A DNA stretch of 64,000 nt from Promethearchaeota archaeon (GTDB taxonomy: Archaea > Asgardarchaeota > Lokiarchaeia > Sigyniarchaeales > SOKP01): NCBI GenBank assembly GCA_013375475.1, contig JABXKD010000003.1, positions 39,866 to 103,865 on the forward strand. The letters are read 5' to 3'. Below the pieces are notes generated by a model, which saw only the letters and a program-made list of their open reading frames with translations, made no database searches and was not told the origin of the DNA. Both the position numbers and the translations under genes were made by a program. Numbering within the stretch: position 1 is the first letter of the stretch; each line of letters begins with the position of its first letter. This document shows, in pieces, positions 37,689-48,988 of the stretch.

Positions 37689-37943
37689 ATGGCTAATAGA
37701 GTAGTAATTAAAAATGATATAAATCCTAAAGAGTATTTAACTCCGATTCAATATAATTTAATAAAAAAACTTCAAGATATTGGACCTTCAACCCGAAGAG
37801 ATTTAGTTAAAATTCTTAATAACCCAAGAACGACCATCTATGATAACTTGCTTAAGTTACAAAAAAGAAGACTTATTGAAAAATTTACTCGGAACAGTGG
37901 AATGAGAGGTAGACCTTTAGTTTTTTGGAAATTAAAAGAATAG
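37689..37943 (+). CDS. Winged-helix (TrmB-like) transcription regulator
   Basis: GPSTRRDL......PRTTIYDNL.KL, GRP...W wing. Confidence 0.8.
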   Translation: MANRVVIKNDINPKEYLTPIQYNLIKKLQDIGPSTRRDLVKILNNPRTTIYDNLLKLQKRRLIEKFTRNSGMRGRPLVFWKLKE

Positions 37944-38005
37944 TTTTTAAATCCTTCTTTTTTTAATTTTTTATTATTATTATATTATTAACAAAATATC
38001 AAAAA

Positions 38006-38179
38006 CCCCAAAATTTCCATTGCAATTTCCGATAAAATAGATTTGAAAAATATATATACATATAATAAAATAGAGCCCAGTTTTAAATTATTTGGAGATA
38101 TTTAAATTATCTTATTAATCTTTTAATTTCATTTTATTATTAAATTTAAAATCTATAATTTCCAGTGGAAAAAAAGGAG
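38006..38179. other. Candidate replication origin: two inverted ORB-like boxes around an AT-rich spacer
   Basis: TTCCAGTGGAAAAAAAGGAG (38160-38179, +) and TTGCAATGGAAATTTTGGGG (38006-38025, -) in a long intergenic region between convergent genes. Confidence 0.5.
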
Positions 38180-38211
38180 CAAGCAATCAAAAAACTAAAT
38201 TTCTTTACATT

Positions 38212-40032
38212 TCATTTGGGAATATAATAGTACTCATTAATTCTTTTTTGATAATCATCTTTTGTGCTACCGATCTTATTAACCCGAGGACGTTTTGTTA
38301 ATTTTTCTCTTCTAAAAGTAATTCCCATCATTTTTAAAAATAAATTAAAGCCGTCTCTTAAGTTTAAAGGGGTCAATGCTTTACCTTCTATACCAGGAGT
38401 TCCTTCAAAGACTAAAATAGAATCCGCTATGAAGTCTTGTGTAATTATATCGTGTTCTACTACAAAAGCCGATTTTTTTAATTCCTCGATAGACTTCCTC
38501 AATAATTGAGCAACTGTTAGTCGCATTTCAATATCTAAAAAAGCAGATGGTTCATCCAACAAATATATATCAGCTTCTGTAGATAAACAATTAGCTATAG
38601 CTGCTCTTTGCAGTTCTCCTCCACTTAACTCGGATATTTTTCGTTCTTTTATATTCTCTAATTTAAGGCTGTTAATCAATCGCTTTTTATATGACTGACT
38701 TAGAAATGGAGCCATCTTAATTTGATTAATAATACCAGAAACTAAGTTAGATTCTGGCATTTTAATATATTGAGGTTTTAATGATACTTTTAGTTTAGAG
38801 CGGGGAATTACTTCATTTTCTAAACTAATTTCAGTATCAGATTTAATTTTATTAGCTATTAAATCAATAAAAGTAGATTTACCAATTCCATTAGGTCCTA
38901 AAATACCTAGTATCTCTCCTGCATGAACTTCACTACCAGTTACACTAAGGTGGAAGTCCCCTAATGTTTTTTCTAAATTTTCATATGAAAAAGTGCTAGC
39001 ACCAATGTCAAATAAGGAATCAATAGGAGGTCTTTCGTGAAATAATATAGGCTCATCTCTAATCCTTACATTTTCGTCTTTAATATATCCATTTAAATAA
39101 ATATTTATCCCAACTCTAACACCTTGAGGATGGGAAATAATACCATAGACTCCTGGAGCTCCATAGAATAAAGAAATATAATCACTTAAGTAATCTAATA
39201 TTGCTAGGTCATGTTCAACAACGACAACAGTCTTATTGCTCTCTGTGAGTGATCTAATTAATTTAGCCATGTTAATTCTCTCACTAACATCCAAATAAGA
39301 GCTAGGTTCATCAATGAGGTAAACATCCGCGTTTTTGAGGTATGCAGCTGCAATCGCTACTCTTTGAACCTCACCACCGGATAAAACAGAGAGATTTCTA
39401 TCTAAAATTTCCTTAAGGTTTAGATCTTCAATTATTTTATCTAAACGATCATCTGCGTCATTTTTTTTTAATAAATCATAAACTTTACCTGACACATGCT
39501 TAGGAATAAGAGTAATATCTTGAGGTTTATAAACAACACTCAATTTATTGCTAAACATATCTATAAAATATTGTTGTAATTCTGAGCCCTTAAAAAAATT
39601 AATTATCGCGTCATTATCAGGTGTGTCATTATTAAACTTCCCAAGATTCATTTTTAATTCGCCTGACAATATAGAAAGCATTGTGCTTTTTCCTATACCA
39701 TTTTGTCCTATCAAACCCAACACTTTCCCCTTCTTAGGGATTGCCATTCTGAATAAAGAAAACTGATCCGGACCATACCGATAAGTAATTTGGTTTAGCA
39801 ATGGATCGGGTAAATTAACAATATTTATCGCTTTAAAAGGGCATTTTTTTATGCAAATTCCACATCCCGTGCATAAACTTTCAATAATTTCGGCAGATTT
39901 TCCATTTGGACTTAATTGTATTGTTTTATCACCCGTTCTCACTTTTGGGCAATATTTAATACATGGTTTTTCCCCAAATGGGCTACATTTATCTGGTTTA
40001 CATCGATCTTTATTAAGAACAGCGATTCTCAA
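38212..40032 (-). CDS. rli1: Ribosome recycling ATPase ABCE1/Rli1
   Basis: N-terminal Fe-S Cys motifs, two ABC domains with GxNGIGKST, LSGGE and VEHD. Confidence 0.97.
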   Translation of the reverse strand: MRIAVLNKDRCKPDKCSPFGEKPCIKYCPKVRTGDKTIQLSPNGKSAEIIESLCTGCGICIKKCPFKAINIVNLPDPLLNQITYRYGPDQFSLFRMAIPKKGKVLGLIGQNGIGKSTMLSILSGELKMNLGKFNNDTPDNDAIINFFKGSELQQYFIDMFSNKLSVVYKPQDITLIPKHVSGKVYDLLKKNDADDRLDKIIEDLNLKEILDRNLSVLSGGEVQRVAIAAAYLKNADVYLIDEPSSYLDVSERINMAKLIRSLTESNKTVVVVEHDLAILDYLSDYISLFYGAPGVYGIISHPQGVRVGINIYLNGYIKDENVRIRDEPILFHERPPIDSLFDIGASTFSYENLEKTLGDFHLSVTGSEVHAGEILGILGPNGIGKSTFIDLIANKIKSDTEISLENEVIPRSKLKVSLKPQYIKMPESNLVSGIINQIKMAPFLSQSYKKRLINSLKLENIKERKISELSGGELQRAAIANCLSTEADIYLLDEPSAFLDIEMRLTVAQLLRKSIEELKKSAFVVEHDIITQDFIADSILVFEGTPGIEGKALTPLNLRDGFNLFLKMMGITFRREKLTKRPRVNKIGSTKDDYQKRINEYYYIPK

Positions 40033-40118
40033 AACTCTTTCACCACTTTTAAAAATGTAAAATCATAAATAATTTTTATCATTTACTCTGTTAAGGTTTT
40101 TTTGATTAGTGAAAAAGT

Positions 40119-41840
40119 ATGGTAAATAAAGGATTAGTACATTGGTTAGAAGAAACAGTACAAGAAATTTCTAAAAGAAATTTAACAGAAATAACATTGT
40201 CCACCGGGAAAACACCTTCCGGGCATGTTCATATCGGAATATTAAGAGAAATAATTATATGCGATGCTCTTAGGAGAATATTTGAGAAAAAGGGGGTTAA
40301 TGTATCCTTTTATCTGTTTATGGATGATTTTGACGCAGCTAAGAGGTTTCCGTATTATATTGATGAAAATTATCAAAAAAGTAATTTAGGTAAACCATTT
40401 GCTTTAATTCCATGTCCATATGAAGATTGTGGATGTGAAAGCTATGCTTACCATTTTGGAAACGAATTAATTTCTACATTTAAATATTTTGGCATAAAAA
40501 ACGAGATTATATGGACTTATAATTTGTATCAGAGAAGAGAAATGCAGGATAAAATCAAAACGGCCCTTGAAAATACAGATAAAATCAAAGAAATATTAAA
40601 AAAATATATCTTACCTACTTTAGATAATGATCGTAAAGAACTGTTTAATGATATGCAAAAAACCTGGATTCCAGTTATGGCGATATGCGATAAATGTAAT
40701 AAAATACAGGATCGAGCAATTGATGGCTCTATTCAGCCTAATCGGGCAATAAAATATCTAAAGAAAGAACAAATGGTTATATATGAGTGTCCTGCATGCG
40801 GTTATCGGGAAAGAACATCGATCTACAGTGGAAGATTAAAATTAAATTGGCGTATCGACTGGCCCGCTAAATGGGCGTTATTTAAAGCCACATGTGAACC
40901 TGCAGGAAAAGATCATAGCGTAAAAGGAGGAGCCTATGATACAGGAATAGAGATTTGTCAAAAAATTTATGATTATGAAGGACCTATAAAACTACCATAT
41001 GAATGGTTAAGATTGGGAGAGCAAGATATGGGAACATCCAAGGGGATCGTTTTTACTCCCAAAAAATATTTGGAATTAGCGGATCCTGAAATTTATAGAA
41101 TGTTAATTTTAAGAACAAACCCTATGAAGCACATTTCTTTGAGAATCGAAGAAATCTCTCAATATCATGACTACTACGAAAAAATGGAAAATATTTTTTA
41201 TGGGGTAGAGGAACCTGAATCCAAGGAAGAATACGATTTTTATAAATATCTATATCCTTTAACCAAGATTAATAAAATTCCGGAGTTTAAACCACTCAGA
41301 ATTCCTTTAAAATTACTAACATTCCTTTCTCAAATGCAAAATATATTGAGTATAGAAAAATTATATGAAAAAGCAAATTCATCTTTGAGAGTGAAAGATC
41401 ACGAAAAACCCATATCAATCAAAGAGTTTAAAGGGTTATTAGAAAGAACAGAAAAATGGATTGATGAAGTTAAATATGAAATATCTAGAATAACAGATCA
41501 GAAAATAAAAAGAAATATTCTGAATAAAATAGATATTTTTACTATAACTGATACGATTTCTATGGATCTCATTCAAACTTTGAGCGATAAACAATTAGAA
41601 GGTTTTATCTTGTTTAAAAATTTCTTGCTAGAAAATGACAACCTAGACGCTGATTCAATTCAAAATACAATTTTTACAATAGCTAAAGAAGAGCTAGATA
41701 TTCCACCACGAAAAATGTTTGAAGCTTTATATCTAATGTTATTAGACAACAAATCAGGACCTCGTTTAGGACCTTTTATTTTAATGTTAGATAAAGATTG
41801 GCTTCTAAACCGATTAGATCAACTAGAAGATAAAAAATGA
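40119..41840 (+). CDS. lysS: Lysine--tRNA ligase, class I
   Basis: TPSGHVHIG, KLNWRIDWPAKW, EPAGKDH, MGTSKG, GPRLGPF. Confidence 0.96.
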   Translation: MVNKGLVHWLEETVQEISKRNLTEITLSTGKTPSGHVHIGILREIIICDALRRIFEKKGVNVSFYLFMDDFDAAKRFPYYIDENYQKSNLGKPFALIPCPYEDCGCESYAYHFGNELISTFKYFGIKNEIIWTYNLYQRREMQDKIKTALENTDKIKEILKKYILPTLDNDRKELFNDMQKTWIPVMAICDKCNKIQDRAIDGSIQPNRAIKYLKKEQMVIYECPACGYRERTSIYSGRLKLNWRIDWPAKWALFKATCEPAGKDHSVKGGAYDTGIEICQKIYDYEGPIKLPYEWLRLGEQDMGTSKGIVFTPKKYLELADPEIYRMLILRTNPMKHISLRIEEISQYHDYYEKMENIFYGVEEPESKEEYDFYKYLYPLTKINKIPEFKPLRIPLKLLTFLSQMQNILSIEKLYEKANSSLRVKDHEKPISIKEFKGLLERTEKWIDEVKYEISRITDQKIKRNILNKIDIFTITDTISMDLIQTLSDKQLEGFILFKNFLLENDNLDADSIQNTIFTIAKEELDIPPRKMFEALYLMLLDNKSGPRLGPFILMLDKDWLLNRLDQLEDKK

Positions 41841-41855
41841 TACTTTACTAAAATT

Positions 41856-42035
41856 TCAGTTGTCCACTTTCGTTTTCCGTTTATACCACTTTTTTTGTTT
41901 TTTTTGCTGTAATTTCTCGTAACAATCAGAACAATAAGTTAAACCTTCTTCTATCATTTGATCGCAGCTTTTACAATGTTTATGCGGATAGATATAATCT
42001 ACTGAAGTCTTTTTATGTCTATCAAATTTACTCAA
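41856..42035 (-). CDS. DUF2116-like Zn-ribbon protein (59 aa, not in ORF track)
   Basis: TTG-started MSKFDRHKKTSVDYIYPHKHCKSCDQMIEEGLTYCSDC...KVDN. Confidence 0.75.
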   Translation of the reverse strand: MSKFDRHKKTSVDYIYPHKHCKSCDQMIEEGLTYCSDCYEKLQQKKQKKWYKRKTKVDN

Positions 42036-42080
42036 ATTTACTCTACACCTTATAAATAATTATTTTAAATCTTCATTAAA

Positions 42081-43340
42081 TTATAACTTTTTCACTCCAG
42101 ATACTATTTTTATTCTAAAGAATTGAGCTTTTCTCAATTCTTGTCTTATTTCTAAAGGATATGCTGGGAAGAGAGACAAGAAAGTTGATTCATTATCGAT
42201 TATTTCATTTAAATTGTGTTCCCAATCGAGTAAAACTTCCTTAATTTTATCCGGTTTCACTAAAGCAAATACAGATCCTCCCCCTCCAGCCCCAGTTAAT
42301 TTCACAGAAAAAACATCAGGATGATTTTCAATTAGTTTTATTAAAATTTTATTGTATAATCCGATTCCGTGGTTAAATCCAACATGTTTCATGATATCAT
42401 CTATAATCGTAGTATTTTCTTTAAAGTAATCACCTAATAATTTCCAGTCCTGTTTCATAATAGCAAAACGTGATTTCCATGAAATTTCTGCTAGATCTCT
42501 ATAACCATTTAATACAAACGGATCTTCGAGTAAGTATCTTTGTCGTAGTATCTCATGGACTTTCCCACTATCGTGAGATACTCCAGAAAAGCAAACTATT
42601 ATTGGTAAACTATGAATATCATACAATGTATCAATTCTATCGTAAATAGCTAAAGGTTCTAATGAAATCTTTTTATGATGTAGTTTTCCAGAGTAAGAAC
42701 AAAAACTTAAACCGCCTCTAGATATCACATATCTATCTCCATACCCTGCAGTTATTTTAAGGTCATGATCTTCAACTTTTGTAGCCATTTCCGCGATAGT
42801 GTCTCTATTTAATGGGAACTCACTTTCTTTTAAACATTTTAGATTATTATATAAATTAAAATATTTTGATAAGCCATATAAAATCGCAACTATAATCGCA
42901 GTACTTCCCCCTAGTCCACTTTGGGCTGGTATTGTAGTTAAGATTCCAAGTTCAAAATTGGAACTTTTAAATTTTTCCCAAAAGATTGAATAAGTATTAA
43001 TAAATCTATATAAGCTAGCATAAATTAATTTTAATTCACCAATTAGCTTTTTTTCTAGCTTAGTTTTATGCTTTGAAATTTGCTCTTCATGTTCGATCTG
43101 AATATTAAACTCACCGAATTTATCATAAATAGAATAAGATTTTATAACACTAACATTTTCCCTCGGTTTTATATAAACAAAAGCCGATAGAGGATTATTT
43201 ATTCCATTAATTGCTACTGACGGCATCCAAAAATCCCCTTCTACAGCATCTAACGGATTTATTAAATTGATTCTGGAAGGTGCTTGGATAACAATTTCCG
43301 GGTTCAAATTATTAATAAACTCTAAAATTCGCTTCAGCAT
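42081..43340 (-). CDS. GHMP kinase (sugar kinase-like)
   Basis: APSRI, IPAQSGLGGS, KLTGAGGGG. Confidence 0.9.
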   Translation of the reverse strand: MLKRILEFINNLNPEIVIQAPSRINLINPLDAVEGDFWMPSVAINGINNPLSAFVYIKPRENVSVIKSYSIYDKFGEFNIQIEHEEQISKHKTKLEKKLIGELKLIYASLYRFINTYSIFWEKFKSSNFELGILTTIPAQSGLGGSTAIIVAILYGLSKYFNLYNNLKCLKESEFPLNRDTIAEMATKVEDHDLKITAGYGDRYVISRGGLSFCSYSGKLHHKKISLEPLAIYDRIDTLYDIHSLPIIVCFSGVSHDSGKVHEILRQRYLLEDPFVLNGYRDLAEISWKSRFAIMKQDWKLLGDYFKENTTIIDDIMKHVGFNHGIGLYNKILIKLIENHPDVFSVKLTGAGGGGSVFALVKPDKIKEVLLDWEHNLNEIIDNESTFLSLFPAYPLEIRQELRKAQFFRIKIVSGVKKL

Positions 43341-43438
43341 TTATATATTTCATCATGATTTTTTAATATTAATCATTATTGTCCTCAAACCAGCAAATAT
43401 GATAAGTTTTTATAATTTTATTTAAAAAAATTTATGAT

Positions 43439-44575
43439 ATGGTAAGAAAAGGAAAATTCAAATTATTCTCATTTTTAACTGAAAAGCATTTAATCTATTA
43501 TAAAAGCATTAATAAAAACGATAAATTCGTGGCGTTTTCAATTTTTAAGATCAATAACTTACTTAAAATTATTCCTCTTTTAAACGATTTTCTGTTAACC
43601 AATTTTCTCTTTTATTATTCCATTCAGATAAATGTACCCAAAAATAGAAGAAAAACAATCATATTAACTTTTATCGGAAATGATAGACCTAAAATTGATA
43701 AATTTTTTAATTTAATCTTTCAGAAGATACGAGAATATGACAAATCTATCAAATTTTTGAAAAATCGTCATTTAGAGAGACAATTTTTTCATATACTATC
43801 GAGTAAAATAGATAATAATATTAATGCCTTGAAAACGGGGGATTCTTTGATAATAAAACAGAGTGATACTGAAAAGTTTTTATATTTTTATGAAATAAAT
43901 TGCGATCTTATGCAAAGTGATAAAGTTTCATTACATAACTTACTGAAAGCACTCAATAATTTCAATCAAAAGGGTTATATAATTTTCAATATACAATCCC
44001 TTAATAGTGGAAGAATAGTTTCGAACGCGTATTTCATTAATATTAGATACGAAAAAGACAAAAAATCTATAGCTATTGAGGAAGAAATTAATAGTTTGTT
44101 TAATTACGAAGTTTTAAATAAGTCTGTAATACACTTAAACCACCTAAATTGTATATTATGGAGGGCCAATTTTTCTGAAAATTTTTATAACATGACTCCT
44201 GATTCGGATATTTTTCTATCTTTAAGTAATTACAACTTTCAAGATTTATCTAAGTTTAGCGTTCAATTTGATAAGACTTTGCGCTTGAACCAGGTTGATT
44301 TTCATCAATTAAAACCTAACCTTTTTTTCATAGAAGAAAAAATACTTTTCTTAATTTTGGATTTCTATAACCCTATTGAAATTTCCAGAATATTAGAAAA
44401 GTTTTTCTCGAAATATTTTGTAATAATTTTAATTTTAAACATGGAAGAATATAATAAGTTAATTGAGTCCAGCGAAATAAGATTATTGGAAAACATAAAG
44501 ACCATAAATTTTAGGGATTTTATTGAGTTTAATATAAATAAGTTAAAATATGAGTTTATATTAGAAAATTCCTAG
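43439..44575 (+). CDS. Hypothetical protein
   Basis: 378-aa ORF; no motif recognised. Confidence 0.65.
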   Translation: MVRKGKFKLFSFLTEKHLIYYKSINKNDKFVAFSIFKINNLLKIIPLLNDFLLTNFLFYYSIQINVPKNRRKTIILTFIGNDRPKIDKFFNLIFQKIREYDKSIKFLKNRHLERQFFHILSSKIDNNINALKTGDSLIIKQSDTEKFLYFYEINCDLMQSDKVSLHNLLKALNNFNQKGYIIFNIQSLNSGRIVSNAYFINIRYEKDKKSIAIEEEINSLFNYEVLNKSVIHLNHLNCILWRANFSENFYNMTPDSDIFLSLSNYNFQDLSKFSVQFDKTLRLNQVDFHQLKPNLFFIEEKILFLILDFYNPIEISRILEKFFSKYFVIILILNMEEYNKLIESSEIRLLENIKTINFRDFIEFNINKLKYEFILENS

Positions 44576-44824
44576 ATCTATCGCTATATCTTGAGCAGAG
44601 TAATTCGGGTGAAGTTTAATCAAAGCTTTTTTTTCACCTTTAGGAGTAATAATTGTATTCACTTTTATCACTTTAACATTATGGATTTTTTCTATAGCGT
44701 GTTTGATTTGAGTCTTATTTGCTCTACTGTCAACAATAAAAACCAGCTTATTTTCTCTTTCAATTATATCGAAAGTTTTCTCCGTGATTAAAGGCCTTTG
44801 AATGATCTTGTAATATTTTTCCAT
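44561..44824 (-). CDS. rpl23: 50S ribosomal protein uL23
   Basis: [27 protein letters not shown]. Confidence 0.97.
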   Translation of the reverse strand: MEKYYKIIQRPLITEKTFDIIERENKLVFIVDSRANKTQIKHAIEKIHNVKVIKVNTIITPKGEKKALIKLHPNYSAQDIAIDLGIF

Positions 44825-44825
44825 T

Positions 44826-45614
44826 CTATATTAACTCCTCATATTGTTTTAATTCGTTAAATGCTGATTGAGCCCAAAGAATTAGACGACCAGGTAACCC
44901 TCCCGGTGCTAAATGCGCTATTGATAAATTTTCAAACTTCACAACATTTATTCCAGGAATGTTTCTTGCGGCTTTTATTATTCCAAAATCTTCTTTAATA
45001 ATAATTAAAATGCTTTTCCTACCTTTGTATTTGCGTCCTCTTCTTTTTCCCTTACCAGCCCTAGTCTTTTTACCCTTCTTTACTCTGGTTAAATCGTCTT
45101 CCAACCCTAATTCAGTGAGAATTGAATACATCAACTTAGTCTTTTTTACGGTTTGAATTTTATCATCTATCACTAACGGAATTTCAGGAACTTTACTTAT
45201 TTTATGCCCTCTATTTTTAACCCAATCTAAATCCCCGGAAGCTGAAATCGCAGATATAATTGAAAGTCTGTTTACTTTTTTATTTATTTTTTTTTCAATT
45301 ACCTTCTCAGTTTTAATGGGATGTGCTCTTCTCCCTCCTTTTGCGTAAGGGACTCGTCCAGCATTTCTAGAAGTCGGAAACCCTGATCCTTTTATTCGTG
45401 GAGTTCTTGCCATTCCATGACCTGTACCCCACCCTTCAGCAGTATTCCTTAACCCGGCTCTTTTATCTCTACCTTGAACTTGCTTATTTTTGCTTGAAGC
45501 AATTTCACTTGCTATTTGTATAAGGTCTTTTCTGGGTTTAAAGTTAAATAATTGCGGTACATCAATCAAATTTTTCTTTTTACCATCTAAATCGTACACA
45601 TTCACTTTTTCCAT
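44826..45614 (-). CDS. rpl4: 50S ribosomal protein uL4
   Basis: [31 protein letters not shown]. Confidence 0.97.
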   Translation of the reverse strand: MEKVNVYDLDGKKKNLIDVPQLFNFKPRKDLIQIASEIASSKNKQVQGRDKRAGLRNTAEGWGTGHGMARTPRIKGSGFPTSRNAGRVPYAKGGRRAHPIKTEKVIEKKINKKVNRLSIISAISASGDLDWVKNRGHKISKVPEIPLVIDDKIQTVKKTKLMYSILTELGLEDDLTRVKKGKKTRAGKGKRRGRKYKGRKSILIIIKEDFGIIKAARNIPGINVVKFENLSIAHLAPGGLPGRLILWAQSAFNELKQYEELI

Positions 45615-45635
45615 ATTAAATCACAGTTTTTAAAA

Positions 45636-46655
45636 TTATTTCCTTTGTTGACTTTCTCTACTTATAAAGGTTATTTCCGGTGATTTAACCGTAAAGGCTT
45701 TAACAGGTCTTATTGTTTTTCTTATTCTAACTAACCTATTTTTTGGACCTGGTATAGATCCTAATACTAGAAGATAATCTCCGTTAACTTCACCATATCT
45801 AATAAATCCCCCTTTAGGGTTTATTTCTTCTTCATTTTCACCAATTACCATAATTCTCTTATGATATTCAGTTCTTTGATGAAATCCTAACTGTCCTGGT
45901 CGAGGAACTGTATAAAGTACTCTTGCGGGGTGCCAAGGCCCTATACATGCTACAGCTCTTTTAACCTTATTATTTTTTCGGGTTAATATTTTTATACCAA
46001 ACCTTTTAACTGGTCCTTGAAATCCTTTTCCTTTAGTTACCGCTAAAATATCTACTAGTTCTCCTTCCATCAATATGTCTCGTGCTCTAATTTCATTACC
46101 TAAAAAACTTAAAGCAAAATTAAACTCTTCAGTAGGGGTACTACCCGAATTTACTTGAATTTCAATAATATCCGGTTTTTTTCTAGGTAAAGAAGTAAGA
46201 TGCGGTTGAGTTTGAAAAATTCCTCTGATCTGACTTGTATTGTTTAATGCTTTAGAGAGCTTTTCTTTCATTGTTTTAAATTCGTAGTTTTCAAAATTTG
46301 GTAAGTTGATTTTTCGACTAAGATAATTGTTTAATTCTGTTGAAAAAATATCTCCCACAATATATTTTCCATATTCATCTTCATTATAAACTCTAATTCC
46401 AATTAAAATTAAGGGAGGTACTTCAATAACGGTAACAGGTTTCATTATTTCTTTCCCAAAATAGGGACTGTTTTTCTGATCCTCTATATATGTAATATGA
46501 GTCATGCCTGCTTTAAAGCCCGCGTAACCTAAAAATGCTACACTATCAGATACATTTAACCAATGCCTTACTCGGCCCTTAGTAACCGCGGCTCTTTTTC
46601 TGGGAAGAAATGCTAAAGAACCATGTCTTGGGGCGTGTTTTTTACGATGTCCCAT
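45636..46655 (-). CDS. rpl3: 50S ribosomal protein uL3
   Basis: APRHGSLAFLPRKRA, KAGMTH, TKGKGFQGPVKR, GQLGFHQRT. Confidence 0.98.
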   Translation of the reverse strand: MGHRKKHAPRHGSLAFLPRKRAAVTKGRVRHWLNVSDSVAFLGYAGFKAGMTHITYIEDQKNSPYFGKEIMKPVTVIEVPPLILIGIRVYNEDEYGKYIVGDIFSTELNNYLSRKINLPNFENYEFKTMKEKLSKALNNTSQIRGIFQTQPHLTSLPRKKPDIIEIQVNSGSTPTEEFNFALSFLGNEIRARDILMEGELVDILAVTKGKGFQGPVKRFGIKILTRKNNKVKRAVACIGPWHPARVLYTVPRPGQLGFHQRTEYHKRIMVIGENEEEINPKGGFIRYGEVNGDYLLVLGSIPGPKNRLVRIRKTIRPVKAFTVKSPEITFISRESQQRK

Positions 46656-46785
46656 GTTTAATCACTTTGATATTAAAGCTGTAAATATTTCAAAATAAAA
46701 AAAGTTTGTCATTCAGAAATAACCATTGATCCCTTCAAATTAAGAAAAATGGGCTTTTTAAATTTCATTTGAAAGAAGATATTAG

Positions 46786-48972
46786 ATGAAATCAAAAACT
46801 GATAATCTGAATTATCTCCAAGCAAAAGAAGGGATTATTAACAACAAAAAGCAAATATGTAATATTGATTGTTCCGAGTGTTCAGATCTAATAGAAAATA
46901 AATATACACATGATAAATGTATTAAATGCGTTCTAAAGAGTTTATATTTAAGCAGAAATAAGGATTTCAAAAATTCAAGTTTAAAAATCCATGAAACTAT
47001 AATTAATCCTGACCAGATTAATATACTATTAAAGTATTTTAAAAAACTTAAATCCATAAAAAGAATTTGGAGAAAGATTGAAAATATTGAAAAAAATAAT
47101 TGCCTTTATCAAGAATTTAATTGTAGGGTCGAATCTATACATAAGACGTTCATTCCAATTAGTGAAAGCATTATATTTGATCCGATTTCAGTTTTCAATT
47201 TTGTTACTGAAAAAAAAGATGAAATAATTGCTCACAAATCCTATAATATAGAATGTCAGAAATGCTCTATAAAGATATTAGGCCTTTTAGAAGTACTTTT
47301 AAATATTTTAAATAAGTTTGGAGTAATTCAAGACTATAGTGAATTTCAGGAAAAAAATAATCATTCTAAAGATATAGTCAACTTTTATGAGAAATACTTC
47401 TTTAATTTACCTTTAGATTCTAAAAGAAATCAGATACTCAATAAGTTTTCAAGAATTTCTCATGGTGAATTAATTGAATCCTATTATTCCGGAGAAAATC
47501 AGATATTCCAAATTTCTATTTTCGATGTGAATGGCGAATATGAAAAAAAATATTCAATTCATTATGCTTTCGAATCAAAGGTTGACGAAAATTACTTCAA
47601 AACCGTAGTAAACGATGCAAAAAATAACTTGAATCTTATTGAGTTTAGTGAAATGGTCCCGCTAGAAAAGTTAATAAATGTATACAAGGAAAAAGTTACG
47701 ACTTTTCTAGATTTAAAGTACAAGCTCTCACACACAGAAAAAGAAAAAGTTGCGTATATTACTGTATTACATAAATTAAACTTACAAAAGGTTTTTCCTC
47801 TATTAGTTGATGATTTTATTGAGGAAATTTTTCTGGATTCTCCTGACGAAAAGATTTACATTAATCACCAAAAATTTGGGCGTTGCCGAACGGAAATCAA
47901 ATTCGATCTAAACGATATCGAAAGATTAAAAACATTTTTAAGGATATATAGTGGAAAAAGACTTGATTACTCGAACCCAAGTATTAAAGTAGTTTTAAAA
48001 AATAATTATTTTTATTGTCGGTTTGCGATCGATGTTGGACCAATTCAAGTAAATAACTTCGCGTTAGATATAAGAAAATTAAATAAAAATATATTTACCG
48101 TTCAAGATTTGTTAAAAAATGGTACTTTAAACCCAGCAATCGCTTCATTTTTATATTTTTTAATTTTAAGAAGAGTAAACATAACAGTTACAGGTGAAAC
48201 AGATACAGGAAAAACAACTTTAATTAATGCCTTAGATTTATTAACCCCAAAGGAATTTAGAAAAATTTATGTAGAAAATGTTATCGAATCTTTAAACCAA
48301 TCTAAATATGATAGACACCAATTAAAATATAAAGTCGATTCTCTTCACGACCAAACAAATCACCAACTTTCAAAACAAACTCAAATTAAGAATTTATTAC
48401 ATAGAACTCCAGATATTATTTATTTGGGTGAAATTCTAACTAAAAATGAAGCTGAAGCATTGTTTCATTGTTTAGCCGCAGGTTTGAGGGGTTTTCAAAC
48501 AATTCACTCAAATAATATTAATTCTTTGATAAATAGAATTATTTATCACTTTAATATTGATAAGACATGCTTAAGAGACTTAGGTCTTATTATTTTAATG
48601 AAGAAAAATCGAGAAAAGAGATTCGTCGATTCAATTACAGAAATCAATGACAATTTAATTGATAGTAGTGAAATCTATAATAATTTATTCAAGCACGATC
48701 CAACTTTAAAAAAATGGGACGCTCTCCAAGATTTATACGACTCCAATATTGTTAAAACATTGAGGAAATATGAAGATCTGCAGAAAGATAAATATGAAAT
48801 TTTATTCTTTCTCTATCAAGATGTGTTTGATACATTACAAAAAATAGAGAAATTGGAAATCACGAAATTAATCGAATTATTTGATCGAATTTCCTTTCAA
48901 TCATATAATAGCATAGCTGGCCTTCGTCTATTTTGGGATAACTGGAAAAACTCAAGTAGTTTAAATTCTTAA
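46786..48972 (+). CDS. Type IV pilus/TadA-like secretion ATPase with Cys-rich N-terminal extension
   Basis: Walker A GETDTGKTT, R.PDIIYLGEI, His box QTIH. Confidence 0.88.
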   Translation: MKSKTDNLNYLQAKEGIINNKKQICNIDCSECSDLIENKYTHDKCIKCVLKSLYLSRNKDFKNSSLKIHETIINPDQINILLKYFKKLKSIKRIWRKIENIEKNNCLYQEFNCRVESIHKTFIPISESIIFDPISVFNFVTEKKDEIIAHKSYNIECQKCSIKILGLLEVLLNILNKFGVIQDYSEFQEKNNHSKDIVNFYEKYFFNLPLDSKRNQILNKFSRISHGELIESYYSGENQIFQISIFDVNGEYEKKYSIHYAFESKVDENYFKTVVNDAKNNLNLIEFSEMVPLEKLINVYKEKVTTFLDLKYKLSHTEKEKVAYITVLHKLNLQKVFPLLVDDFIEEIFLDSPDEKIYINHQKFGRCRTEIKFDLNDIERLKTFLRIYSGKRLDYSNPSIKVVLKNNYFYCRFAIDVGPIQVNNFALDIRKLNKNIFTVQDLLKNGTLNPAIASFLYFLILRRVNITVTGETDTGKTTLINALDLLTPKEFRKIYVENVIESLNQSKYDRHQLKYKVDSLHDQTNHQLSKQTQIKNLLHRTPDIIYLGEILTKNEAEALFHCLAAGLRGFQTIHSNNINSLINRIIYHFNIDKTCLRDLGLIILMKKNREKRFVDSITEINDNLIDSSEIYNNLFKHDPTLKKWDALQDLYDSNIVKTLRKYEDLQKDKYEILFFLYQDVFDTLQKIEKLEITKLIELFDRISFQSYNSIAGLRLFWDNWKNSSSLNS

Positions 48973-48988
48973 ATTAAAAATAGGTAGC

